Assembly: GCA_003135435.1 (NCBI GenBank)
Contig: PLBR01000102.1
Span: 13,303-73,944, forward strand
Origin: Nitrospira sp.
GTDB lineage: Bacteria; Nitrospirota; Nitrospiria; Nitrospirales; Nitrospiraceae
Length of the DNA: 60,642 nt
Direction of reading: 5' to 3'
The position numbers and the translations under genes are program-made. Positions 44,818-53,384 of the stretch are shown here, in pieces. The stretch's first letter is position 1; every line of letters begins with the position of its first letter. Under the pieces are notes generated by a model. It ran no database searches and had not been told where the DNA came from. It saw only the letters and a list, made by a program, of their open reading frames with translations.

Positions 44818-45567
44818 TTAACACTCTGCGGTCAGCTCGCAATCATCTAAAGAGATATGGTGCAAACTAAAATCTTTTACTTGCCCAAGGACCATGACAG
44901 GATCTCCTCGCTTCAATTGAAGGAGACGATGATACCACGTGTTTCTATTAAAATCTAAATAGAGAAACGGGTGTTGACTCGGCACCGGGTCGCATCCCAT
45001 TTTATCGTACCCCTCTATGGACAGGCGCATTCGGTTCTTGTCCGCGTGGGGCTCTGTAACATCCTTTACTCGTCCAGTAATTTTCATCCATTTTCCTAAA
45101 TGGTTTTCTTTGAGTCTCTGAGTCTGTATTGTTGTAAGCCCTTTTAACAACCCCACGAGGTATTCAGGCCCGCTGTCCATCACCTCATAAATAGCATCGT
45201 GGGCACCAGCTTGTAAAACAATATCAAGGTTCGGGTTCTCACTCTTTTTAGGCTGTGTCTTAACCAACTTAGTTAGTCCATCAGGCAATGCCGTAGTCAC
45301 ATCTGCTTGCCTTTCGTCTTTGCCTGTTCTCCGGCGAGCGAACAGCTTTTCTGGCACTTCATAGGCGATTAAAAGCATGACCACACCAATAAAGGTAACT
45401 ATCGAGCGCCCTACATTGCCAAGCATGTTCGCATCCCAGTTTACGACGACACCTGCCAGAGATATGAAATACTTCGCCCACTTTTGGATTTGTTCCGGGA
45501 GATCAATTATGCCAATAACCGTGAAAACAAAACCAAAGAACCCAAGAATCTTCCGTAGCAAAACCAT
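44818..45567 (-). CDS. membrane-anchored protein with C-terminal OB-fold-like domain
   Basis: Two N-terminal hydrophobic helices. The C-terminal HLGKWMKITGRVKDV...RGDPVMVLGQVKDF...ISLDDCEL resembles the tRNA_anti-like OB pattern. The DNA is visibly AT-richer than the flanks. Confidence 0.55.
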   Translation of the reverse strand: MVLLRKILGFFGFVFTVIGIIDLPEQIQKWAKYFISLAGVVVNWDANMLGNVGRSIVTFIGVVMLLIAYEVPEKLFARRRTGKDERQADVTTALPDGLTKLVKTQPKKSENPNLDIVLQAGAHDAIYEVMDSGPEYLVGLLKGLTTIQTQRLKENHLGKWMKITGRVKDVTEPHADKNRMRLSIEGYDKMGCDPVPSQHPFLYLDFNRNTWYHRLLQLKRGDPVMVLGQVKDFSLHHISLDDCELTAEC

Positions 45568-45704
45568 CGCGCACCCTCCAATCAGATAGGGCGTAGGGTG
45601 GCAGAACTGACAGAGGCTGTCCAGGCAAGTTCGGGATCACCGCCCTTGCGAGGACTCAGGACAGCTCCGAGCCCGCCTGGGGCGAGCCGAGGTCGCAGGT
45701 CGCG

Positions 45705-45734
45705 TTGACAGCTTTTAACACTGTGGGATAGAGT
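45705..45734 (+). promoter_or_regulatory. sigma70-like promoter candidate
   Basis: TTGACA (45705-45710), 18 nt, TAGAGT (45729-45734), 20 nt upstream of the ATG at 45755. Confidence 0.3.
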
Positions 45735-45754
45735 TGGCCTCAAGAGGGGTGCGT

Positions 45755-46099
45755 ATGATCTCTGGAATTTTCTCAGCCGAGTTTACGTCAAACAAGGACA
45801 TGATGGGCCGCGGTGTTGCTGTTTTCTCAGGGAACGCAATCCATGGTGGGGATGCAGCATATTACTACCGAGGAAAATACAGGCTAGACGCGAGCAATCA
45901 AATTTCAGGAACGATAGAGGCTGTCAAATACTCACCAGTCCAGACTTCAGTCGTTGGCCCACTGGACCGATTCCGACTTATACTCAACGGCATCGTAAAT
46001 GATCAGGGATTTGAACTGTCAGGCCCGGTTGAGGGCCACCCGGATTTACTGATTAGAATTACCTTGAAGAAGATCGATGAATTGATTGAACTTGATTGA
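45755..46099 (+). CDS. GrlR-family-like small protein
   Basis: ATG 45755 after AGAGGGG. G.F...F.......G.GVAVF.GN.I.GGD..YYY.G.Y matches my memory of the GrlR-family (lipocalin-like) N-terminal pattern. Confidence 0.5.
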   Translation: MISGIFSAEFTSNKDMMGRGVAVFSGNAIHGGDAAYYYRGKYRLDASNQISGTIEAVKYSPVQTSVVGPLDRFRLILNGIVNDQGFELSGPVEGHPDLLIRITLKKIDELIELD

Positions 46100-46389
46100 A
46101 GCTTCTCTATTCCACCTGCATCGGGTCGATCTGTCAGACATCATCGGCTGACTCGGCATGACCTACCGACCCTGCCCAAGGCCCTGGATGGCTAGGCAGC
46201 GGGGAACGGACAGGGCTTCGGTGCCTTCTCGCCTTCCCATTTCGTCAGCATCTCGCTGATCCCTGCGAGGCCGGGCAGATGATACAGTCGTGAGGGGGGA
46301 GCCCTACGAGATCCTCGCCGATCATTCTGAGAAGGACGGCGATGAGCCCTGACCCTTCTCTATAGCGCACTTGCCAGCTGGTCAATTCA

Positions 46390-47016
46390 ATGGACTTTCC
46401 ACTTTCAGACCACGCGCTAAAACACGAGTCTGACCGTGGTGCCGTTCTCGTTGGAGCCGCTATGCTCGATGAGAGCTTAGCGCGACTCTTGAGGGCCGCG
46501 TTCATTTCTAAAGAACCAGTCCAAAAGAAATCGATCAGTAAGTTATTTGGGCCTAATGGACCACTTTCAAGTTTTTGGGCGAAACTGCACCTCGCAAATG
46601 TCCTCGGTCTCTTGAATTCATCACTACACTCTGATCTTGAGGTTTTCCGAAAGCTTAGGAATCGCTTTGCTCATCAGATGGAGCCCGCTGATTTTGGTGA
46701 TACGACCGTCCGACATTTGGCGAACCTACTATCGACAACCGTTCATCTTAGAGTCGGGATGGACACATATACCGCACAGGCAACAGATGGGAAGAAGGTC
46801 TCTGAAGATCAACTTGTTAAGGACGGATATGTTAAGACTGCTAGAGCTGAGTTCAACGTGTGCCTTTCGCTTTCACTAGCAATAATAGAAGGCATTACTG
46901 CAACGGTTTCAAAGTCTGGAATTGAGGCGGGTCGCCTAATGGCTCAAGAACTTGGCAACTTCGGAGAGGTATATCTTAAATACAAAAAAGAGCAAAGTAG
47001 AAGTGGCTCGTTATAG
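46390..47016 (+). CDS. MtlR-like (mannitol-repressor-like helical domain) protein
   Basis: SDRGAVLVGAAMLDESLARLLRAAF....LFG.NGPLSSFWAKLHLA..LGLL.......L..FRKLRNRFAH fits the pattern typical of that domain. The C-terminal half is unassigned. Confidence 0.5.
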   Translation: MDFPLSDHALKHESDRGAVLVGAAMLDESLARLLRAAFISKEPVQKKSISKLFGPNGPLSSFWAKLHLANVLGLLNSSLHSDLEVFRKLRNRFAHQMEPADFGDTTVRHLANLLSTTVHLRVGMDTYTAQATDGKKVSEDQLVKDGYVKTARAEFNVCLSLSLAIIEGITATVSKSGIEAGRLMAQELGNFGEVYLKYKKEQSRSGSL

Positions 47017-47127
47017 TTGTTGTTCCTGTTGAGGGAGAGTGGAGAAGGGTGCGGTTCCCGGCGTAGAGAGACACCGTCCAGCTGAAGATACTCAAGAGGC
47101 GGTGGACAAGTTGGACTTGGGGGTGGA

Positions 47128-47721
47128 CTAGGCAGTCAGAAGGATGGCCGCCACAAATGCAATCATGAAAACCAAAATGATAGGGGCCAACCATCGGCGG
47201 AGACTGTTGAACTGTTCCTCACCGCGCTTAACCCTTTCCCACTCTGTCTTCAGAACGGTTCGTGACTGATTGGTAGCAAGCCCAATTGCTGCAAAGACGT
47301 TTTCTCTCATCTTGGGGTTGTTGGAACCTTCTGCGTTGTACTGGTCAACGACAGCATCCACTAGACGCTCCAACTCGATATGTTCGGTCTTCATCTTGTT
47401 TAGTCTAAGCTTGATTCGGTATCGCGTCTCACCTATGGTCATAAGTGAATCCGCAATGTGATCAGCGGATGCAGGATATGGGCGGGTTCTACCATCCTTG
47501 CCTGCCTCTAGAACGTCGTGAACGGCATTTGCCAAATATCGAAACCCAGCAAAGAACTTAGCCAAGTCTTCTCGCAGACCATCGATCCAAGCCTGCCGCA
47601 TTTCGGAAACTTTTTGCTCCTTGCTCAGGGTCAGATTTACTATTGCGATAACGCCAGTGATTAGCGCCGCGACTACCGTAGCAATTGCGACTATCGCTGT
47701 AGCAGGAATCGCAGTATGCAT
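47128..47721 (-). CDS. membrane protein, one N-terminal and one C-terminal TM helix
   Basis: ATG at 47719-47721; the track GTG start 47781 would overlap the next gene. Hydrophobic ends flank a helical soluble middle. Confidence 0.5.
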   Translation of the reverse strand: MHTAIPATAIVAIATVVAALITGVIAIVNLTLSKEQKVSEMRQAWIDGLREDLAKFFAGFRYLANAVHDVLEAGKDGRTRPYPASADHIADSLMTIGETRYRIKLRLNKMKTEHIELERLVDAVVDQYNAEGSNNPKMRENVFAAIGLATNQSRTVLKTEWERVKRGEEQFNSLRRWLAPIILVFMIAFVAAILLTA

Positions 47722-48459
47722 TATGGCCCCGACCTTGGTTCTAACGTGTGCTGCGGGGCAGTCTACCCCAAAGTCGGACACGTATCCATCACACCGGCTA
47801 GACCTTCTCCCGGACCTATAGACCTTGCGCCGCCGTTCGCAACCCTCCTACAATACGCCTTCCTACCTACGAGGCTTCTGGTGAAACCTAAGTTTCCCAA
47901 ACTCTTGAAGCTCTTGCAAAGACGAGAGTTCCCCAAACTCTATGCGTTAGCTAGCATCTGGGTTGCGACTCCGTTACTTTACATCTGTACGTTTGTCTAT
48001 ATCCAGAATGCTATCTTTCAACCAGCAGCCCGCGCGTTCCCAATAGGGCTGTCAGCATTCGGCGTGACGGCGGCCTTGTCTGGTATTTCTTTCAGCATGG
48101 CGAGGGTTTCCGAAAATCCCAGCACAGCTAAATATGCGGGAGAGAAGTTTCTACACTCGGCCATTCTTCTCATTCAGGGCCTCTTTCTCATTTACATTCG
48201 TGACTCAGTGGGAGAGAGTGAATTACTAAAACCGTGGCCGAACCTTGTCTTAGTCGTCAAGGCATCTACTGTTGGTCTGCTTACTCTCCTGACGGCAGCA
48301 GCCGCGTGGACGTGGTTCCACGGATTCGAAGAACTCAACAAGTTCTTATGGAAGAACTGGGAAGAAAACATTCAGGCTATGAACGCACGCCAGCAGGACA
48401 AAGCCCCCATCGTTGTTCCGTTGGAGGCGGATAAGGACATACCCAACCAAAAGGCCTAG
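47716..48459 (+). CDS. multi-TM membrane protein
   Basis: At least four hydrophobic segments. A GTG at 47881 with an upstream GAGG is an alternative start. Confidence 0.45.
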   Translation: MHYGPDLGSNVCCGAVYPKVGHVSITPARPSPGPIDLAPPFATLLQYAFLPTRLLVKPKFPKLLKLLQRREFPKLYALASIWVATPLLYICTFVYIQNAIFQPAARAFPIGLSAFGVTAALSGISFSMARVSENPSTAKYAGEKFLHSAILLIQGLFLIYIRDSVGESELLKPWPNLVLVVKASTVGLLTLLTAAAAWTWFHGFEELNKFLWKNWEENIQAMNARQQDKAPIVVPLEADKDIPNQKA

Positions 48460-48710
48460 ACCTTCTCCCGGAGCCTTGCGTTGATCTCACTGATGAGCCC
48501 CTGGAAAAGTACGAACTTCTTGGGATGATCGGTCAGTAGGCGATCGATCCGGTGGAGAAGGGTCACCCTGGTCATCCTCGCTGCTCGCTCCTGTCGTTCG
48601 ACGGTCCAGGCATCGGTGTAGACCTTCCAACCTGCGTTGGCCCTGGTCTGCTTTGCTTCTGCCCTAGCGTTCTTCTGGCTGGCCGTTCGCTCTGTACGAG
48701 TAAGCGCCAT
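48456..48710 (-). CDS. small basic protein
   Basis: 84-aa ORF rich in R/K/T with no family recognised. Its 4-nt overlap is with the convergent gene's stop. Confidence 0.4.
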   Translation of the reverse strand: MALTRTERTASQKNARAEAKQTRANAGWKVYTDAWTVERQERAARMTRVTLLHRIDRLLTDHPKKFVLFQGLISEINARLREKV

Positions 48711-48835
48711 GATGGTTTCACTTCTCCTGTTGGATTTGATGGTTGGACTGAAACTGGTTTCACGAGAACTGACCAGATGGACAGCTGGCGTGAAACTGGC
48801 CTGAGATGAGCGCGGTACTCTACTCTTACCATGAG

Positions 48836-48973
48836 CGGTACCCTGCTGGACTGTTAGCGGTACCCTCTGCCGCTGGTCTAACCAATACCCCAGAGTAAGA
48901 CCCTGAGCTTTCTCTGTTGGGTTGATGTCGAACAGGTGGCAGAACGGTGAGAGAACAGTCCAGCAGGGTACCG
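48836..48973. repeat. perfect 18-bp inverted repeat CGGTACCCTGCTGGACTG / CAGTCCAGCAGGGTACCG separated by 102 bp
   Basis: Arms at 48836-48853 and 48956-48973. Extra direct GCGGTACYCT copies at 48811 and 48857. TGAAACTGG and TGGTTTCAC repeats at 48711-48800. Confidence 0.7.
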
Positions 48974-49027
48974 AAAACAGGCCTCGCTATAGTCATCCTC
49001 AAGTAGGAGGGGGTACACCCTTATAGA

Positions 49028-50521
49028 TCAACAGGTTATGAGGCCAACTTTTCCATGTGACGGAATTTGACACCCTGTGATCTTGAGGGAGACTGATTGC
49101 ATAATTACTGAGATCCGGTCAGCCTGAGAGATTGGGACAACCAGGCAATCGTGGACCGGGAGACCGATCAGACCTTCCTGCTTGAGTTGCGAGAGCGCGG
49201 CGATAATAACTTGACTTTCGATGAACTGCAGGCCGTGCCCTTTGTTGTCGCCTAGCAGGTGCGCAATGGGCCGGTGTTGCGTCTTGATGAGTTCGATGAT
49301 CTTCCTGGCACCCTTGGCTCTATCGGCTTTGGTGAACTTGTTTCCGCTACCTTTGGGGAACTTGCGACGGTTCGGCTTCTTATCGAAGGTGAGGGCGAGC
49401 ATGAGCGTCTTGATTCCTGAGCGGCTGGCTGGATCAGTTCCGGTGATGTGGTAGATGTCGGCCGCTGGTGGTGCTGCGTTGACGGAGGCATAAAGTGAGT
49501 GAAAAGGAATGGAGTTGTAGTCAAGCTCCACAGTCCGCTCTCCGTTCAGTAAGATCCGTTCGCGTCGATCCACCTTAGACATCGGCGTCCAAAATCCGCC
49601 GAGAAGCCTTCCGCCTGATGTCCAGCTCGCATAGGTGAATTGTCGCTGGAGGAATCGGTCTCGTACGTCGATGAAGGGGAGCCCTTCCCGATTGATCACG
49701 AGGATGTTGGATTTCCACAAGAGTTCGTTGACGTGTTGCATCTCCAGCCGGTAGCCGTTGGCGAGCACGTCGAGATCTGAGTACTCGTCGAAGGCGCTGG
49801 TCTTGTCCTTCTTGCGCCGGATGATCTCCTGGCCTGTGCGGTCCCAGGAGGTATCGAGTGGAGAGGTAACGTGACAGTCGACCATGAGATTGCGAAGGGT
49901 GCGTGTGCTGCGAATGAGGGATTTATCTACGCCGCTTTCTGGTCTTGTGTGGCTTCTCCAGGCCTGTCCGCGAACTTGTTGGAACAGTCCGCATTCGGTG
50001 AGGGCATCGATCACCGGAAGGAACCGGCGGTTGACGTGCAGAGGGCGATAGCGTGAACGGATGCTGTACCAGGCTTTCGTCCGTGAGAATGTCACGCCTT
50101 CAATGGTGGGATCGGTCAACTCCGCATTCACGACAGCGGAGAGGGCTCCAGCGACGAGTACGCGGTACTCGGCCAGGTCGACAGCGGAGAGTGTGAGACC
50201 CTTGCGCTGCCAGAAGTGGCGTTGGTAGCGGATGAACTTTTCCCAACAGAGTTCGATCAGCGAGAACATCGCGGGGGTCGCCGGGATGCAGTAATAGTCA
50301 AAATCCTTGCGGGCGGTGTCGTCCTCGTCGTCCACGGCAACAGCAAGCCGCGTCACGTCATCTGCCGTTGGCGTCTGTGTCGTCCACGCTTCGACAAGCG
50401 CCGGGAGCATCTTCTCTTTATCTTTACCGGCCCAGAACGCCACCTTGGAGTCTGCGGAGTGCGTGCGCTTGCTTGCAGCTTTCCATCGGGGAAGAATTTT
50501 GTTGAGTGCGGTGATGTTCAT
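49028..50521 (-). CDS. family-A (Pol I/T7-like) polymerase-like protein, minimal palm/fingers, no exonuclease domain
   Basis: TSGGRL (aa 301-306, compare TxxGRL of Pol I). Motif A VELDYNSIPFHSLYA (compare DYSQIELR). Motif B RSGIKTLMLALTFD (compare RxxAKxxNFGxxYG). Motif C LPVHDCLVV (compare QVHDELV). Confidence 0.65.
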   Translation of the reverse strand: MNITALNKILPRWKAASKRTHSADSKVAFWAGKDKEKMLPALVEAWTTQTPTADDVTRLAVAVDDEDDTARKDFDYYCIPATPAMFSLIELCWEKFIRYQRHFWQRKGLTLSAVDLAEYRVLVAGALSAVVNAELTDPTIEGVTFSRTKAWYSIRSRYRPLHVNRRFLPVIDALTECGLFQQVRGQAWRSHTRPESGVDKSLIRSTRTLRNLMVDCHVTSPLDTSWDRTGQEIIRRKKDKTSAFDEYSDLDVLANGYRLEMQHVNELLWKSNILVINREGLPFIDVRDRFLQRQFTYASWTSGGRLLGGFWTPMSKVDRRERILLNGERTVELDYNSIPFHSLYASVNAAPPAADIYHITGTDPASRSGIKTLMLALTFDKKPNRRKFPKGSGNKFTKADRAKGARKIIELIKTQHRPIAHLLGDNKGHGLQFIESQVIIAALSQLKQEGLIGLPVHDCLVVPISQADRISVIMQSVSLKITGCQIPSHGKVGLITC

Positions 50522-50628
50522 GTCTCGATATGCTCCATTTTCAGTGGTTGTTAGAACGGGTCGTGAAACGTCAGTTAACGCCCTCGCCTTGCGGTTGGAG
50601 GCGACCCGTACCTTGCTCTGTTACGCTG

Positions 50629-50757
50629 TTACGTACATCCCTGTAGCCCGTTCTTCTTGGTCACCTTGAATATCGTGATGGTCGCAGCCTTGTAGATGCT
50701 GCAGCCGGGGAGGGCGAGTGGGAGAGCGCGCGCGATAGCTGTGATGAGTTTGAACAT
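50629..50757 (-). CDS. 42-aa putative lipoprotein
   Basis: Not in the ORF track because it is under 60 aa. ATG at 50755-50757 follows AGAAGGAGATCAAACC. MFKLITAIARALPLALPGCSIYK has a lipobox-like LPGC. Confidence 0.35.
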   Translation of the reverse strand: MFKLITAIARALPLALPGCSIYKAATITIFKVTKKNGLQGCT

Positions 50758-50892
50758 GGTTTGATCTCCTTCTGTTGTTTGTTTGTTTGTGGTCGTTCAT
50801 CCACTAACGGATTGTCTCCAGACACGCCGAAGCCCCACTAGGATTGATTTCCTAGTGAGGCCCCAACTACCTATGCTATTGCCTATTCTACG

Positions 50893-51237
50893 TTATTGGC
50901 AATAGGTCTGCTTCCCGTTCGTGGTGCATGTCTGTGGTCGTCCCCCATTCTGATACGGACTGACCAGGCTATACGAATGGTTCCGTTCGCTGTCCCGCTG
51001 GACCTGTCGCTGTGCTTCGCGGCTTCGCTCCTCAGCCTCTCTGTGTTGCTCCGCTTTATATTCGTGATCGCGTTGTTCAGCTTGCAGCGCCTCATTTCTC
51101 ACGGTGTCCTGGAACGCTCGGTTGTCGAGGTCCTCGTCAGCGGCCAATGCGAGACCAGCCCCGATCAAACCACCGAGCAAAATCCCAAGTGAGACACTAG
51201 CACCTCTAACCACTGTGGATCTGATTCGGTTGCCCAT
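50893..51237 (-). CDS. N-terminally anchored protein with charged helical ectodomain
   Basis: ATG at 51235-51237 after GAGAGG. TM segment VSLGILLGGLIGAGLALAA, then an E/R/Q-rich segment. Confidence 0.5.
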   Translation of the reverse strand: MGNRIRSTVVRGASVSLGILLGGLIGAGLALAADEDLDNRAFQDTVRNEALQAEQRDHEYKAEQHREAEERSREAQRQVQRDSERNHSYSLVSPYQNGGRPQTCTTNGKQTYCQ

Positions 51238-51572
51238 GTGTTCCACCTCTCATCTGTTTGTGACATGTTGCTACTACGTGTGAGCTTAAGCCGCTTCCCG
51301 CGTTCGTGGTATTCCTCGAACGTACTGGGTCGCTCATGGTTGGCTGTCGCTCGTCGCGTCTGGGTCGGAGCCCTATCGAGCCACCATTCGATGAACCCAT
51401 GATCGATGCTGCCTAGCTTCGTGATCGCCAGTCTGCGTGACCGTTCCCTTGGGTTCCCTTGCAGGACCTCCAGCGGAGAGCGCGTCTCCGGCTCGGTGCT
51501 TTGCCTCTGCGGTCGCCAGTATTTTGGAGGCTTCGTGAGTTTTGCGTGCGTGCCGATCTTTTGGAGTGCCAT
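51165..51572 (-). CDS. hypothetical protein
   Basis: 135-aa ORF in the island gene array. Its 3' end overlaps the next gene by ~73 nt, so the end or frame is uncertain. Confidence 0.35.
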   Translation of the reverse strand: MALQKIGTHAKLTKPPKYWRPQRQSTEPETRSPLEVLQGNPRERSRRLAITKLGSIDHGFIEWWLDRAPTQTRRATANHERPSTFEEYHERGKRLKLTRSSNMSQTDERWNTWATESDPQWLEVLVSHLGFCSVV

Positions 51573-51757
51573 CAGTGCGCGTCCCGGTGCGCGTTGAACG
51601 CATTGAGTACGGCCGCATCAGTCGCTGCCACTGCGACCCCTTGGACGAGCCGAGCTACTCCATCTTTCATGGACGCGCTTTGGTCTCGGTCTGGAATGGT
51701 CGTCACGATATCTGAGCCATTGGCAGCGGTGCCGTGGTCGGTCCTGGTCGTGCTCAC
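51572..51757 (-). CDS. hypothetical small protein
   Basis: 61-aa ORF joined to its neighbours by short (1- and 4-nt) start/stop overlaps. Confidence 0.4.
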   Translation of the reverse strand: MSTTRTDHGTAANGSDIVTTIPDRDQSASMKDGVARLVQGVAVAATDAAVLNAFNAHRDAH

Positions 51758-52386
51758 GATCTAATCCCGCCCAGATCTACTGCCTCAGAAGAGCGACCAG
51801 CGTCTACTCTGTCGTGCTTCTCCTGGATTGTTTTCTTATCGGCTAACGCTCGATACGCAGCTTGCTCATCTCGAATGGATTGAGCACTGCCGTTTCCCAG
51901 TTCAACGCGCACCTTCGTGTTGACCTTCTGAGCCGTCCTATCCACGAACCGGTCGCCCATCACGGAGTCGATCTCATCATTGTGATCAATTAACCACTGA
52001 CGAACCTCTTCCCGGTAGCTTGGAGAGTGCTCGTATTTGAGCCGGCCTTGCTCGTCCTTCGCCATGAAGAGGTTCTGCGCGTGTTCGTTGGCGATCTCTC
52101 GCAGGACTTGCTTCCTCGCGCCTTCAGGATCGCTCATCGCCCGCGCCAGTTCACGACCACTGACCACGGTAGAAGGAGCGTTCACCTTCGCAGCCGCTTC
52201 GTTCTTCATTCTATTTTCGATCATCTTGGAACACAGCAAGCGGAGCGAGGGATCAGTCTGATATTCCTTCATCCGCTGGACTTGGTGCATCTCCTCATCG
52301 CTGTTGAACGCGCATGTCTCTGGGTCGAGCATCTGGCCGGTGGTGCGGTCTAGGAGCCATTTGTTATCTTTCGGTACGGTGATCAT
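51754..52386 (-). CDS. hypothetical phage-like protein
   Basis: ATG at 52384-52386 after GGAAGGAAAG. 210 aa, charged and helical. Confidence 0.6.
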   Translation of the reverse strand: MITVPKDNKWLLDRTTGQMLDPETCAFNSDEEMHQVQRMKEYQTDPSLRLLCSKMIENRMKNEAAAKVNAPSTVVSGRELARAMSDPEGARKQVLREIANEHAQNLFMAKDEQGRLKYEHSPSYREEVRQWLIDHNDEIDSVMGDRFVDRTAQKVNTKVRVELGNGSAQSIRDEQAAYRALADKKTIQEKHDRVDAGRSSEAVDLGGIRS

Positions 52387-52388
52387 GG

Positions 52389-52694
52389 TTACTTTCCTTC
52401 CTGTGGTGTGAGGGGTGATGTAGGCGCTGTCTCGTCGCCGGTCTGTGATGACCCCATGTTGAGCCATGCGTCGGAGCGGCGAGCGTGTGCCGCCTGCTTC
52501 TCTGTGGCGATCTCTTCGGGTGTGCTCTCTTTGCGTGTGACGCGAACCGTTCCAGAAGCGAAGCGTTCGCACTTGGAGTGACTGTCTTCGGACAGGATAA
52601 TAGAATCCATCGTGTCTGCGACCACGTCCACAGTGGCGGGTGGCTTGCTGAACGATACGGGGAAGGTGGGAGGTGTGTACGGTTTCGGTGGCAT
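52389..52694 (-). CDS. hypothetical protein
   Basis: 101-aa ORF ending 2 nt before the next start. Confidence 0.5.
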   Translation of the reverse strand: MPPKPYTPPTFPVSFSKPPATVDVVADTMDSIILSEDSHSKCERFASGTVRVTRKESTPEEIATEKQAAHARRSDAWLNMGSSQTGDETAPTSPLTPQEGK

Positions 52695-52698
52695 CTAG

Positions 52699-52974
52699 TT
52701 ATTTCCTCTTCGAGATATAGGTTGAGTCTGTGGCTCGGGCGCATTCATGTCTGATGGTGCCAACGTCTTGACGACTGAGTGATTCCGCATAGACGGCGAA
52801 CGCTCGCCTTGCTGCAGTTGAGCGCGAGACCGGAACCGTGGGTGCATCGCTGCCACGTCTGAGTAGGTCTTGAATGGTCAGCAAGTTCGCAACGGCGGCG
52901 GCGTCCAGTTCCATTGTGAGACGGTTTTTTGCAGCGCTGCCATACTTCATCTTAGGGGCGCGGTCTGGTTGCAT
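52699..52974 (-). CDS. hypothetical protein
   Basis: 91-aa ORF. ATG preceded by GGAGGTTTTTAACG. Confidence 0.5.
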   Translation of the reverse strand: MQPDRAPKMKYGSAAKNRLTMELDAAAVANLLTIQDLLRRGSDAPTVPVSRSTAARRAFAVYAESLSRQDVGTIRHECARATDSTYISKRK

Positions 52975-53186
52975 CGTTAAAAACCTCCAGTGTTAATGCG
53001 TGAAAGAGTGTGATTACACGGGAAACGAAAACCCTTTCCCCTCCCCAACGTGAAAGGAACCCACAGCGCCGTTATTGGCACCAAGGAACACGTCGAAGAG
53101 AGGTCGAGGCTAAGTCACACTTTGCGATGGTGGAACATCAGCGCAGTCGTGACAAAGAAGACGAGGTATGTGAAACCGTGCAGCAT

Positions 53187-53381
53187 TTAGTGATCCGTGC
53201 GCGTGGTCGTTTCGTTGGGAGGACTACCAGCCTGTCCTTCCGTCTGGATCACAGGTGGGATAATGCTGACTACTGGCGACTGGTGCGCTGCATCTTGACC
53301 GTTCGTGGCTGGTGATGCTGCATCGATCCTGACAGTCTGGCCTACTGGGAACACTTGGACGCCGTTAACGATTGTACTCAT
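53187..53381 (-). CDS. hypothetical small protein
   Basis: 64-aa ORF, third in a row of three small genes separated by 3-37 nt. Confidence 0.45.
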   Translation of the reverse strand: MSTIVNGVQVFPVGQTVRIDAASPATNGQDAAHQSPVVSIIPPVIQTEGQAGSPPNETTTRTDH

Positions 53382-53384
53382 CGC

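Noticed and set aside
53115-53186. 23-codon hydrophobic mini-ORF (MLHGFTYLVFFVTTALMFHHRKV) starting right after the stop of 53187..53381 (TAAATG).
   Set aside because: It is attractive as a coupled membrane peptide, but it is too short to support from sequence alone. It has no independent RBS and no conservation evidence.
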